From Sphagnum compactum (taxonomy: Eukaryota): 64,000 bases of DNA. The notes beneath the pieces are model-generated. The model was not told the origin of the DNA. It worked only from the letters and a program-made list of their open reading frames with translations, and made no database searches. Made by a program: the position numbers and the translations under genes. Of the stretch, positions 39,060 to 50,870 are shown one piece after another. The stretch is from assembly GCA_965153455.1 (NCBI GenBank), contig OZ234493.1:13258213-13322212 (forward strand), written 5' to 3'. Positions within the stretch are counted from its first letter, which is position 1. The number at the start of each line of letters is the position of its first letter.

Positions 39060-42000
39060 TCAAAGGAGGGCTTCTTCGTACACAACATTGCGCATAAGGC
39101 CACTCCGACCATGCACAGTGTCTGGCAGCTGAACTTTGATGTTCGCTGGTGCCTTGGCGCGTGAAAAGGCAACGTAAAGTTGGCCATGCGAAAAACTGTC
39201 ATCTGCGAGATGAAGGCCAACATGAGAAAGGGTCCGCCCTTGAGACTTGTTAATAGTCATGGGATAAGCCAACTGCAAAGGAAGGTGCTTCCTTGCAAAT
39301 GTAAATGGCAAACCGCTGTTATCGGAAATGAACTTAATGCGCGGGATAAAGGCCACATTACCGGCCCCTTTTCCTGTGATGATCTCAACCTCAACGATTC
39401 GCATCGTGAAGCGTCGAACAATCAGGCTACACAGCCCAACCAATGGGTCAAAATTGCGCAGCAGAATCACTGGTGCGCCAATCTTGAGCAGCAGCTTGTG
39501 TGAAGGCATGCCACTAACTTCCAAAGTGTTAAGAAACTCGGAAGGGTATGTGTTCGCCACTTCCGTATCATCTGCGGAATCCGCACTGAGGAAGTTGACT
39601 TGTGCGCCTGAAAGGTAGCTTAAAACCATCGCGTTTATTAACGAAACCTCCTTGTTGCGAGGAGCCAAAATCGCACGCTCATGCAAATATTCGTTTGTGG
39701 CCTGGCCCTCGTGTAGTCGAGGGTAGATGGCCACAACCATGGCTTGTGTGTCCGCAGGAGGGAGTACCATCATGTCTGGACGCTTGATGTAGTCCTCATC
39801 GATGGTTTCTAGTTCGTTGTTGCTAAGACAAAGAAGCCAGTCTGCAAAAGTGCGATTCCCAAGATCAGTGTGAACAACAACAGCATCGCTGGCCCGCATA
39901 TTTTCCGAAAGACGGAATACCTCAACAGATTCCCATAGGTAGGAGTTTTTTATTGATGCAGAGACAATGTCTGCATGGGATCCCCGGGGGATGACTGGAA
40001 GGACTTGGCGAAAGTCCCCTGACATGACGAAAACAATGCCACCAAAGGGTTCGTTCCTGTCTGTAAGGTCACGCAGAGTTCGATCCACCGCTTCAAAAGC
40101 GAGCTTATTAGTCATAGGAGCTTCATCCCAAAGGATGAGCTTTGTTTGACGGATTAGCACCGCTAAATCATCCTGCTTACGAATATAACAGAAGGACGTA
40201 CGGTCAAACGCGATCGGGATCTTCAGGTATGAATGGGCCGTTTGCCCTCCTGAAAGCAGAAGCGCAGCAATGCCTGAAGAGGCGACAACAAGTGCAATAT
40301 TGCCACGCGAACGCACAGCGTTCAAAATCAAGTTTTCGATGTAGGTCTTACCCGTTCCACCAGGGCCATCGATAAAGATGACTTTAGCGTGATGGGCAGC
40401 ATATGCATCGATTACGCCATTGTAGGTTGCACGTTGCCCATCATTGAGGCTCTCAATGGCCATAACCACCTCGGTTTGCAAGACCTCGACATTGTAGTTG
40501 CGCTCCACCTCAAGCAGGCGATTGGTCTCTAATCGATCAAAGGCAACAGATGGGGTAGGAAGGCCAAAATCCTCGAGAGTTTTGCTAAATTTGGCAAGCG
40601 CATCCCGTAAGGAATGCAGTGCCCAACTCTCAATTTGCTCGATGGACGGTTCCACTATACCGCAACGTTGCAATGCTACCTTGCAGTCATCGCAAATGTG
40701 CTCCTTGTACTTGTCCCAGAGCATGCACGGCTCACTTGGAATGCCAAAGGCCAAGATGGTCACAAACAAAGACCGCAACTGTGCACCTGTTCGCATGCCA
40801 ACTGCTTCTTCCAAGCAGGCATTCCACTCGTCATCCGAGTCATAAAAACCAAGTGCAATGCATGTTGATTTGAATGTGTCATGGACAACACCATTAATTG
40901 TGCGAAGAGCTTAAAAAGAAACAGCACCTTTGACCTTCGTTAACAATGTACGCAAGAAATAACGTTCGCCAACGAAAGGACTGACGAAATAAAGGCGCCC
41001 GACACAACACCCTTTCTGCCGGATGGTCCATTTTTTCGTCCCATTGGTCCATGTAAACACGGAGGGAAAATCCATGTACGTGACTTCTCTGGCCAAGGGG
41101 TAATCAATATTGGCTTGGAAGTATTTGGTGAGCGTTGTTTTTTGGTTTTGCTCGCTATTAATAGTTTCAAAAATACTGGCATTATCATTGTACACGACCG
41201 TATGCATTCCAGGCTCGTGCACGGCAAGGCGTGTGACAGACGGTGTCCCGTCATGCATTCTAAAAGAGAAAAGACGCCATGATGCCTCGGAAGCAGAGAC
41301 ATAGCGTCCTTCAAGGTATGCTTTAATTTCATCGCGGTTTTGCCACTCACCATTGGCAATGACCGCCTGTGCGTTGTTATCCTGGCCAGGCATATTCGCT
41401 CGCCTTTCGACAACGGCAGTAGCACGGTCAGGTCCCTTGTACACATACTTGTACAGGTACTTGACGGCAGATATGGACGAACATATCTCCACGTTGATGT
41501 GCGCGTGGTACTTGGTTGCCAGGTGAAGATTATACGGGACAATCCACTGGTTATCCACCACGCGTTGCGTCTTTGGATCTACAAAAATGCGGGTTTGACG
41601 GCGCCGATACTCGGGGTACCCGTCAACATCACAACGCGTTTCTTCGCTAAAAGAACGCGGGTACCTTTTCTTGCACTTTCCTTGCTCCATGCATTGTGCA
41701 TTGAAAAAATCTGGACCACATGGCCCATGCACCATGCACGAAGTGATCGTCTCATACGCCTTAGGATGGCATATCGGGTCCGGAATCTCGGCCGATACCA
41801 TCGAATCGTAGTCCTCGGCGGTGCGCAATTTCGACACTTCATCTAAAATGAGCAAAATGTGCGCGTGGGGCAAGCCTCTTTTTTGAAACTCGATGACCTA
41901 AATTTTAGCAATCACATTGCCAAGAACAACGTTTTTAATGTCCTTCAAAAGGGCGTCAAGTTTCAAATTAAAAACGTGAGTTACTAAATTAGGGCGATCC

Positions 42001-43498
42001 TTGGCAGTTTGCCCCGGGAGAAGTGCATCTGTAATCTCTTTCCATTTAGGATTACAGGTAAATGTGACAAAAAGGTCCGGCCTACCAAATTTGTGGACCC
42101 TAGCCATGGCATCCTGGTACAGTTGGCCCATGGCGCGCTCACCGCCCTGGAATGACGACGAAAGAATCATCTTCTACCCGATGTCGTTCCCAAAAACGTC
42201 GCCAGCATTCAATGCATCTTGAAGACCATTGTACAGGTCGCAACGTAGTTGTCGCTGGTTCTCGCGAATAACTTCAAGCGGTTTTGTTCAGTACATGCAT
42301 ATGCGTCAACAATGAATTGCTGTAAAAGCCTTCCGGCTCGCAGAATCCATTCCTCGTTGATGCGATGTTGTAGTATGTACGCGTAAAACTGAAGCATGGT
42401 GACGCGTGCGGAACCGCGTTTACCACCTATTGCATTCTCGTCATCTTGGATGAACGCAGAGCCATCCCATTGAAATCCATTCAATGGGATGCCGTCATGC
42501 CATCCGTTGCGTCCATCTGGGAAGAGAAGGACGTAGTGCAGTGGCGCGTATGCACTGTGTAGGGGAGACACGCGCTGAAAATAGCCATTAGTCGAACGAA
42601 TGACAATGTCGCGTGCGTTTGCTTCATCCACATCGCCCCCAACCATTAATGCGTTAACTTCGTCAGGAGTTGGCGCATTGTAACGCTGCAAATCAGTGCG
42701 GCGATCATTCAGCAAACGAAGACTTAGCTCAACAGCCCCGCCTTGGAGTCATTCCATGGCCGTTTGGTAGATGCTGGCATAGGGGTTACATTCATGCAGC
42801 ATCGTTTGCAACGACTGCATAATGTCCCTGTTCAGGCCGCCAAAATTGCCCATTCGGCCATCAAGCTCGGCATGTGGATCGCTAATGTATAGCTGGGAGA
42901 ATTTTGGCGCCTCGCCAGGCTGAGGAAGTAAACTCCCCATCCTATGGTAAAGCTCACCGCGAAGACGGTAAGTATAGTTGCCAGGTTGGGCAACATTGGT
43001 ATCCAGGTTGGCCCCCATAGACGTGAAGGCCAACGCATTGTAGTAAGAGCGAATGCGCTGACGAAAGTCTTTTGCATCTGCTTCGTTACTTGTAAGGAGC
43101 CACCTGAGCGGTTCTGGTGGGGGTGCCAACGGGGGCAGCGTCACTTTACCTTGTGCGCAACACGGTGTAAACTACGGATTGGCACGCGAACTTGATGCAA
43201 CACGCTCCTCCAAAAAGTGTAGGGCGCCGCACTTGCCACACATTGTGGTCATTTCACCTAAAGTGTGGCGAAGACCATGATGGTTGCCGTCAAATTCACG
43301 GCGCGCCAAAAGGATCACTTGGTTCCCACCTTGGTTTGTGCGATCTAGTTCACGCTGGGCACTAACGTGCCCTTTGACCTTCCCATCGGCTAGCATCCGC
43401 TGCACGCTGCTCCTTAGATCGAGCACCGTGCCTCTCTCGGGCAAGATAGTTCCGGCGGACGCGCGTGCCTTCCAAAGGGGACTCTTCTTCCTCTTCAT
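39060..43498 (-). pseudogene. Helitron Rep/helicase (HUH Rep + PIF1 helicase) broken by several stops and frameshifts
   Basis: Consecutive ORFs 43172-43498, 42749-43144, 42209-42715, 41898-42170, 40911-41873 and 39060-40814. Motifs DLFVTFTCNPKW, GLPHAHIL, KYLYKYVYKG, GPGGTGKT, WDEAPM, GDFRQ, TINKSQG and HGQLYVAFSR. Confidence 0.95.
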
Positions 43499-43805
43499 TC
43501 ATTGGTTTAATTATAAAGCATCAGAAGTTACTTTTGAAAATCTGTAACACCTTCTGCATCCAAAAGCACAATTTCCAATAGGATGATAATACCTAAGCAA
43601 AAAAGATGATCTGTTGCAGACTCTTGGCTTAATCAAAAAGCCTAAAGAGAAAATCCTATCTAGAAAAAGGATCCTCATAATTTCAGGAGGCTTCTGGTCT
43701 TAGAGAGTCTCATTCAGCTTTGTCCTCCATGTCTAGATGGCTCAGCTCACTTCACAACCCCTTGGCAACACTTTGGCACAAATCAAACAGGTGTTGAAGA
43801 CAGAC

Positions 43806-44841
43806 CTTGGTCTTTGGTGCACGATGAGCCATGAGGGCAGCTGTTGCATTGCCAGCATTGTTCTCCTCAATGAATCTTATAGTAGAGTTCACAATCAGCA
43901 AGAATAGGATCCCCAAAAAATCCTCCCAATCTGGTGGCTGGCCCTGGATATGTATTTCGCACAAAACTGTAATCAAAGCCAAAAATGAAGAAGACAGGAG
44001 AAAAGACAAACAAAACAAACAAAACAAAACCAATGATAACATCAAAGCAAGAACCAAATAAAAAAGATAGATCACCATACTTGTCCATTGGCCAACACAA
44101 TAGCCATCAGTGCGGCAACTTCCATAACCCATGACATGGGTTCCACATGAAACCCAGAAACTTGAGGAACTTGTTTTCCTGCATAAAAGCATTAAGAAGA
44201 GTCACAAAAATCTCAGCACAGAAGCCTGATCCAGACTATGTCTCAGAAAAAATTCCCAAAGAATCAAAGCAGGAAGGGAAAAAGATAGCAAATCTGCAGA
44301 AGAAAAATAAAAGAGTAAAGATGTCACTCTAACTACACTCATGGGAAGTTGGTGTACAACCAACAATTGATGTCCCTCAACTTCAATGGTTCTGCAATTG
44401 GGTTAGTGGAGATATTATGATTCTACCATTCTGAAATAAAATTGACCAAGGCAAAGATTTTGAAGATTCTAAGAATCTTTTCAAATAAAACCCACTGTTT
44501 AAGGATGGCATCATAGCACAAACCGTTTGGGGATTATCTGTTACCCCCAAAATTTCCTGAATTTGTAGTCAGAAATTATGCAATGCAATGGTGAAATTAC
44601 TAAGGAGAAATCTTGACATCTTGGATCATCTCCTTGAAGCTTCTTCTATATGCCCAGATATCCCTCTGGAAAAAAAACAAAAGTTGAAGTGGCAAAAGAA
44701 GGAAGAATTCGTAGACTATACCACTTTTTCCTTAAGCTTGTTGGAGCCAAAGATGGCAAGGCAGTTGTTTCCTTCATCTGTGGTGAGACCTTCCTTTGTA
44801 CATCTCAGCTGCTCAAACACCTCCTCGATCGGGATGTTTTC
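43806..44841 (-). pseudogene. AHA: Captured plasma-membrane H+-ATPase fragment (3 exons with introns)
   Basis: Exons 44841-44722 ([20 protein letters not shown]...FGSNKL), 44178-44081 ([31 protein letters not shown], 1-nt deletion) and 43943-43806 ([10 protein letters not shown]...[10 protein letters not shown]...APKTK). GT-AG borders. Confidence 0.92.
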
Positions 44842-45244
44842 CTGTTCCCCGTCCCCAATTGAAGTTTAATAAAAACATCCCATACCCACACACAAACACA
44901 CACACACACACACACACACTCTCTCTCTCCAATCTTATTTTACTATCTGCAAGTGTGTTGTATTGTATGTCATAATCCTAGCTCTCTGAGCTCATTGAGT
45001 CAGCCAGGTAGTATATTCTGTTGCTTCTTTTCCATTGTCTTCTCGTTTCTTTATGTCCCCATCTCTCTTCTGTTTCTCTTTCTTCTGTTCTTTCTCTCTC
45101 GTTGTCTCTCATATTCATCATTTCTTGTCACATGACCATACACCCACGCTCCTATTCAAAGCTACCAACATCAAAACCAAGAACGCACTTCCATAGTGAA
45201 GGAGGGACCGGATCCAAACGAAAGACCAAATCTGAGCTCCAAAA

Positions 45245-45540
45245 ATCAGCAGCAAGAGTTGCCATTTCCTTGGCAGCTGATGTATGGGGTACTAACATCA
45301 TTGTTGTTAGTGCGGCCCCAAGACCTACACCTGCTGCCACAGCCTTGATCCCCTGCATTCTGTTGAACTGGTTTAGACCTGGCTGTAGAATGTTGAACAA
45401 CACCCATCCAAGTGCTGGAACCAATGGCAGAAGCAGTGCAAATCCTCTGCTATCATCTCCTGCCAAGGCCATCTATTGTTGTGATGTGATGGCAGAATCC
45501 GGCATTGTCATTGCCGTGAACATTGCACCTGCAGTAGTAG
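45245..45540 (-). pseudogene. psbY: Captured nuclear PsbY (photosystem II) fragment
   Basis: DSRGFALLLPLVPALGWVLFNILQPGLNQFNRM. In-frame TAG just upstream; breaks off before the second PsbY unit. Confidence 0.88.
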
Positions 45541-45729
45541 AATTTTTAGAGCCAATTCTATCTGAATGCACGTAAACCGGTATAGGGGGAATCGGTAGTT
45601 TACATTGAAGAATATTCTGCCTGGGCATCCCAGGAACATATTCTAAAGTCACGGAAAATCATTTAATTAACTTTGCCCCAAAATTGATATCGAAACCAAA
45701 ACAATGTTTTCCAAAATTAATTCTCGAAT

Positions 45730-46089
45730 CTAGATCTTAATGGTATTATCCATACCACAGCTGGTTATCTTAAGAATGTCTGATGGATGAAAGTCCTGTT
45801 CAAGTCCACCAAGTTATGTACAGAAGATCAGCATGGAAACTCAACACTCCCGTTATTCTAACAAAAAGCCTCTTAGTAAGAACTATTCTGACCTGAAATG
45901 CAACCCCTGTAGACACCAGAAATTACCCCAGCAAAGAATCAGTGGCCTTGACAAATAAGAGAGGCTACTGTCATGAGAACAAAGAACAGCACTAACCACG
46001 CTGAGTATTTCATTACGGTGGCCACCAGCCCCAGCAAATATAAGTATACATACACCTGTGTTCACATTCCATAGTCTCACAGACTCGTC
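45730..46089 (-). pseudogene. FIE: Captured FIE/EED (PRC2 WD40 subunit) fragment, 2 exons
   Basis: 46089-45997 [31 protein letters not shown]; 45795-45730 DFHPSDILKITSCGMDNTIKI* (expected Trp codon is TAG). Confidence 0.9.
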
Positions 46090-46343
46090 CTGCAATATCC
46101 AATCCAGGCACAACAATGAGATTTCTAAGAAAAGAGTGCAGGAGGGTTGTTCTGGAATGAACATGTATCTGTAGACAATCCTTGCAATTGTGGCCTGATG
46201 CTCACTCTTCTATCACAGCAGCTGCTGTAAAACATCAAGATTAGAGGTTTGTACTCTGACACGTAGACTTACAAAATGGAGAAATGGTCCCACCAATGAG
46301 TGGAAAGTGGCTAAAAACTACATTCCATAGTCTCACAGACTCG

Positions 46344-46687
46344 CAAGATTGTGAGCAAAATTGAGGCAGGGGAACGGTTTGCCGTCTATGTTGTGGTACC
46401 AATGTGGCTTGAAGGTGTGCCTGATAGTGGGTCTGTTCAGGCTATCCTTGACTGGCAGAGGCGCACGATGGAAATGATGTACAAAGAGATTGCAAATGCT
46501 TTGAATGCACAGCAAATTGAGGATCAAAGCCCAAAAGATTATCTGACCTTTTTCTGCCTAGGAAACCGGGAGACGAAGATAGAGGGTGAGTATGTGCCTA
46601 AACAAAGCCCAGAAGATAACAGCCACTACAAAAATGCGCAGGACAACCGCCGCTTCATGATCTATGTGCATGCCAAGATGATGATTG
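46344..46687 (+). pseudogene. PLD: Captured phospholipase D (alpha-like) exon fragment
   Basis: [43 protein letters not shown]...[11 protein letters not shown]...[13 protein letters not shown], ending at a GT donor at 46688. Confidence 0.93.
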
Positions 46688-49600
46688 GTGAGAGACTTGA
46701 ATGTCTATTTTCCAGCTTTTCAACTGCGTTTCCACTCTAGAAGGGCAGGAAGATGTCTTAAAAAATTTCATTTTCTGCAGTCTGGAATCGACTCTTTGGT
46801 TGATAGACTACCGTATACTCATGGAAAGCTCAAGTGGGTTAGTCTTTCATAGTTTGTTACTCAAAGAGAAATTTCAAACTTGGAAGCTAGTCCTGGAAGG
46901 GAGTTGATCATCTGGAAGACTAACCCACTCTTCTTTGAACTCCACTGCCACCACTTCCCTCCAGGCGCTTCCACGTACTGCCTTAAAGTTGTTCATCTCT
47001 TACTTTTGAGCTCCTTTGGTGTGACGATCCCCCATAAGATGTCTCCTCTCTTCGGCAGTTTCGGACTGGTACGTTTCTTCTTCGTGCCTCCATTTGGTTT
47101 CTGTTGTTGCTGGCCCTCCATCGCTCGCTCTGCTAAATTCCTGCAGACCACACAAAAACAATTTCGCAGTGCTAAAACAAACTGCGCTAGTAGGATCACA
47201 TGAACATGTGGATAAATTGCTGCCGCCGCCATGAGTCGTCGTCCTCCTCCCGTTCCATCATCATCTTCTTCCGAGATGAGGAACTTGGATGGATGGATGA
47301 CGGGACGGATGGAAAGGACGACCACCCAAGGATATTATATAAGTAGATATGGCTTATTGTAGTTAAACAAATTTCAACACTTCCATGCATCCATCCATCC
47401 ATTCATCCATATGATGATGAATGATCTTTCTTTTTGTAACAGGAACTAGTTGGTTGTTGTTTCATACATTATGTTTTCATAGATTACCAACATTCATTAT
47501 GTTGTCACCATGGAGGGATGAATGAAATTGGACGGATGGATGATGTTTGATAGATTAGTACAACATAATGTCATCACCATGTGTGGATGAATATTATTTT
47601 CATTGGAAGATGAATCATGTTTGGTATAATATCAAAACATCTACATCTTCACTATGAACAGATGGATGAAATTTGGATGGATGCATGATGTAAACAATAC
47701 GTCATCATCATGAATGGATGACGAATGGATGGATGGGTGGGTTAACCTAAACCTAACTTTTTTGAACCCTAATAATAATAACGAGAGTTACTACCACTGC
47801 CATCCCCATCGCAAGGTCCAATAAAAGCCCATTTGTCATTGGGGTTTCCTCTCGAACAATTTTCCTTTGTTTATGTTGTTGCAGTGGTGGTTGTAATCTA
47901 CCTTTTGTTTCCAACTTTCTACCTCCTCTTTCAATGTTTCCAATCGTCTATTTTCTAGCCCTTTTGTGAGTTGTCAACTCATTGAGATCCTTGTTTTTGG
48001 AGTCATGTTTCGCTTTTGATGCCTTTTCCAATCTCACGAACGGGAGGACACTTGCAGATGAATAGACCTCCATTGTTTTCACCACCTTGTTGTTCCTCAC
48101 CACCTCACCGAGCTTCACCATTCAATATTCTTTCATTTACTTCTCCCTTTCTCCTACAACTTCATTTTTTACTTTGAATTTATTAAGCAAAGTTTTAGAA
48201 TTGCGAGTCGAGGTTGGATTCCAACATCAAGGGCACCAAGCCTACTATAAAGAAAGGATTTCAGCTATCTTTCGTTTGCTTTGTGTGTTCTTTGTGGGTT
48301 TTTTCAAAATGTATTTGTAACTTACGATTCAAAAAGCTTTCTCCATAAGGTTGATCAGGCATGGAAATTTGGAGATTACTACTTCGTTTGTACATTCAGA
48401 TTTTCAGATAAAGTAGCAAGAACTCCATTGGGGTGTAGACATGTCAAAAACTAACCATATTGGCGGATTGCAGTTTGTTTTTCTCTTGTCACTTGGAATT
48501 GTTTGATGGTAAGGATGTCAATGTTTTGCTTTTGCTATTTGCAAGATGTGTATGTCTTTATTGGTAGAGAGGTCTTCATCAAGACATGCTTAGGTTTTGT
48601 GACATCTAACACAATGGGCTGACCACTTGACTGATTTTCATTTTTGTTGTAGTAGGAGATTGGGGTGCTGTTGACCGAAACTCGAATGATGTAGGTATCA
48701 TCATACTTTTTCAAATCAATTAGTGTCTGATTTAGTTAGCCTCTTGCATTTCATCTGTTCTGGTAACCAAAAAGACAAACAAAAAGGCCATGATCTTATT
48801 TTTCAACTAGTCAACGTGTAAGCTGGCCATGCTCATTTCATTCTCCATAATAATTTTTAGTCTTTCAACCTTCTCGTCCAAATTATGTGCATCGAAATTG
48901 AAAGCTTTTGTAGAGCTCAACAAACTATAACACAAAGTTATGTCATGCCAAATGACAATTGTGAAGTTGTATATGTTATAGTTTTTTTGTAGCCTAACAA
49001 ACTGGACGTTAAAAAGTTGAACCTAACCTAATATTAGTAACCCTGGGTGTATGTTGTAACTAACTTAGTCAGGGTAGGTGTCACCAAGGACCATGTGGGC
49101 ACTTGGAATGCTGGTTGGCCTATTACAATGGTTAAAAAGTGACCACCTTCAAAATGGAGGTAGGAGACCTATAGGGTGAAGAGTTGATAAGTCATGTTTA
49201 GTTGGCACAATAAACATTTCCCTTTTTTTGTTGTTCAATGTACAAGTAAGCCCACTAGCACACAACCTTTCTGTATGTATGTTGCATCTTTAGATTATCA
49301 TAGTGAAACAATTAATAGTATTTTTCCTCCTAATGTTTGTGCATTAACTCTTATGTTTATCCAATTTGTCATTCAAATTTATTCTTAGCATGGTGGTTAG
49401 TAGACAATCCAATTATTGAGGTGATAGAGATGCTTGGAAAGACGCGAGTGTGTTGAATTCCAATGTTGAGTACCAAAATGACACAATTAATACTTTTTTT
49501 GTTTTTAAAATATTGGAACAAGTTTTGCATTTTGTTTCCATTTAGTAAATGTAGAGCTCTATCATGTTGTAGAGACTGAACATGTAAATGTATAGGTCTA

Positions 49601-50439
49601 TCCAATTGCATCCAAAATGTTTGAACATAGGTATAAGATCAAATAATGGTTGAAAAAACATGATGATCTTTTAGTACACACCATTTGTTTGTACTTTGGT
49701 TTCCAGTTTTCTAGGATACCCCAATGAATTCAAGTTGTTTAGTTCTTCAATCTGCCAATGCACTTGAGACATGCATAAATGTGGAAGAAATAAACATTTA
49801 GTTTCCCAAGTGGAAACCTCTAATTAATAGTTAATGTTTCAAAACAAACTAGCCCTATCTATTTAATAGTGTATTGTTGTTTGACCATAATTGATTCTCT
49901 TGTAGATTGCTTAAGCATGCAAGAAAACCAACAACATAATTGATACTTGAAAATAAGTAAGTAACTATTGTTGGAAGGAAGTGGAATGAAATAGATCACA
50001 ACATTTGATTAGAGGGATCAAATACATATGACCTTGAGTACATAGTATCCTAGCCCAACTAGGGTTGTTGGTGTGCCTTGATTGTAGGTTGATTTTATTG
50101 TGTGGCAGACCAGAAAGGCTATCCCAAGCATTTTAACATCAATTTCATTCTTAGTTGGCAGTGACATTTTTTTTGTGTTACCTATTTATTCATTTTATTC
50201 ATGTTCTTTTGTTTCCATTTGTGTTTGTTTTTGTTTTGATTTCTTGAACCTTAAGGTCATGGTTTTAATTCACTTGCATTTAGGAACTCATGATTGCTTA
50301 TTATGAAAGCAAGATGCAGACAACAAGAAAATTGATATGAAGTTTCTAGCAGTGTAATAACAACAACGATGTCTAAGGCATTAAGGCATGCAATTGTCTT
50401 GTGCCATTACCAATTATTTTGTATTTTTAAACTTGTGAT

Positions 50440-50870
50440 GAATTTATAGTTGATAGAGAAACTCCAACCTTTGGTTGATAAAAAGAACACGAAGTTGCCA
50501 TTCCTATTGGTATTAGAATCACATGTTCACTTTAGAAACTCTCACATGGAGTGGGGTACCTTCAATGTAGTGAAATGTTTGTGATTGGAAAATCTTTAGT
50601 GAACATGGTTTGCACAAAGTTTGTGTATGTTGTTAATGTGGTGTCTAGAAATAAAATTCAATGACCATATAATGAAGACTTGTCTTAGGTCATGGTAGGT
50701 CATGGTAGGGTTTAAAGAATTATGGGGCCTGGGGCCTACCATCAATTCATAGTGCAATAGATAGCACACAATTCACATTTAGAAACTTGAATTGGTGCAT
50801 TTGCTACAAAACTATTCCTACAAATCCAAATCTCACAATGTGCAACTACAAGCTATTGTTGACCACTAAT
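50440..50870 (+). pseudogene. Decayed PIF/Harbinger transposase fragment
   Basis: AIPIGIRITCSL*KLSHG...CSEMFVIGKS...GFKELWG..PSIHSAIDST (GAIDGTH-like) ...KSKSHNVQLQAIVDH. Confidence 0.7.

Larger units (their letters stand above)
38917..47347 (-). mobile_element. Helitron, about 8.4 kb, with captured gene fragments
   Basis: 5' end A|TCTACTTATATAAT at 47347. 3' imperfect hairpin (GTGTCCGAAGGTCAC) followed by ...CCCTCTA at about 38917. The flanks rejoin at A|T to rebuild the second copy of a local 132-bp duplication. Internal RepHel. Confidence 0.9.

Noticed and set aside
39180-43547. Many plus-strand ORFs over the Helitron
   Set aside because: Antisense shadows of the GC-rich RepHel coding sequence.
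43752-46740. H+-ATPase, PsbY, FIE and PLD as functional genes
   Set aside because: Each is a short internal fragment lacking the rest of the gene, most with stops or frameshifts, and all lie inside the Helitron.
47900-49900. Possible further transposon ORF remnants, such as a Harbinger Myb-like partner
   Set aside because: No motif could be recognised with confidence.
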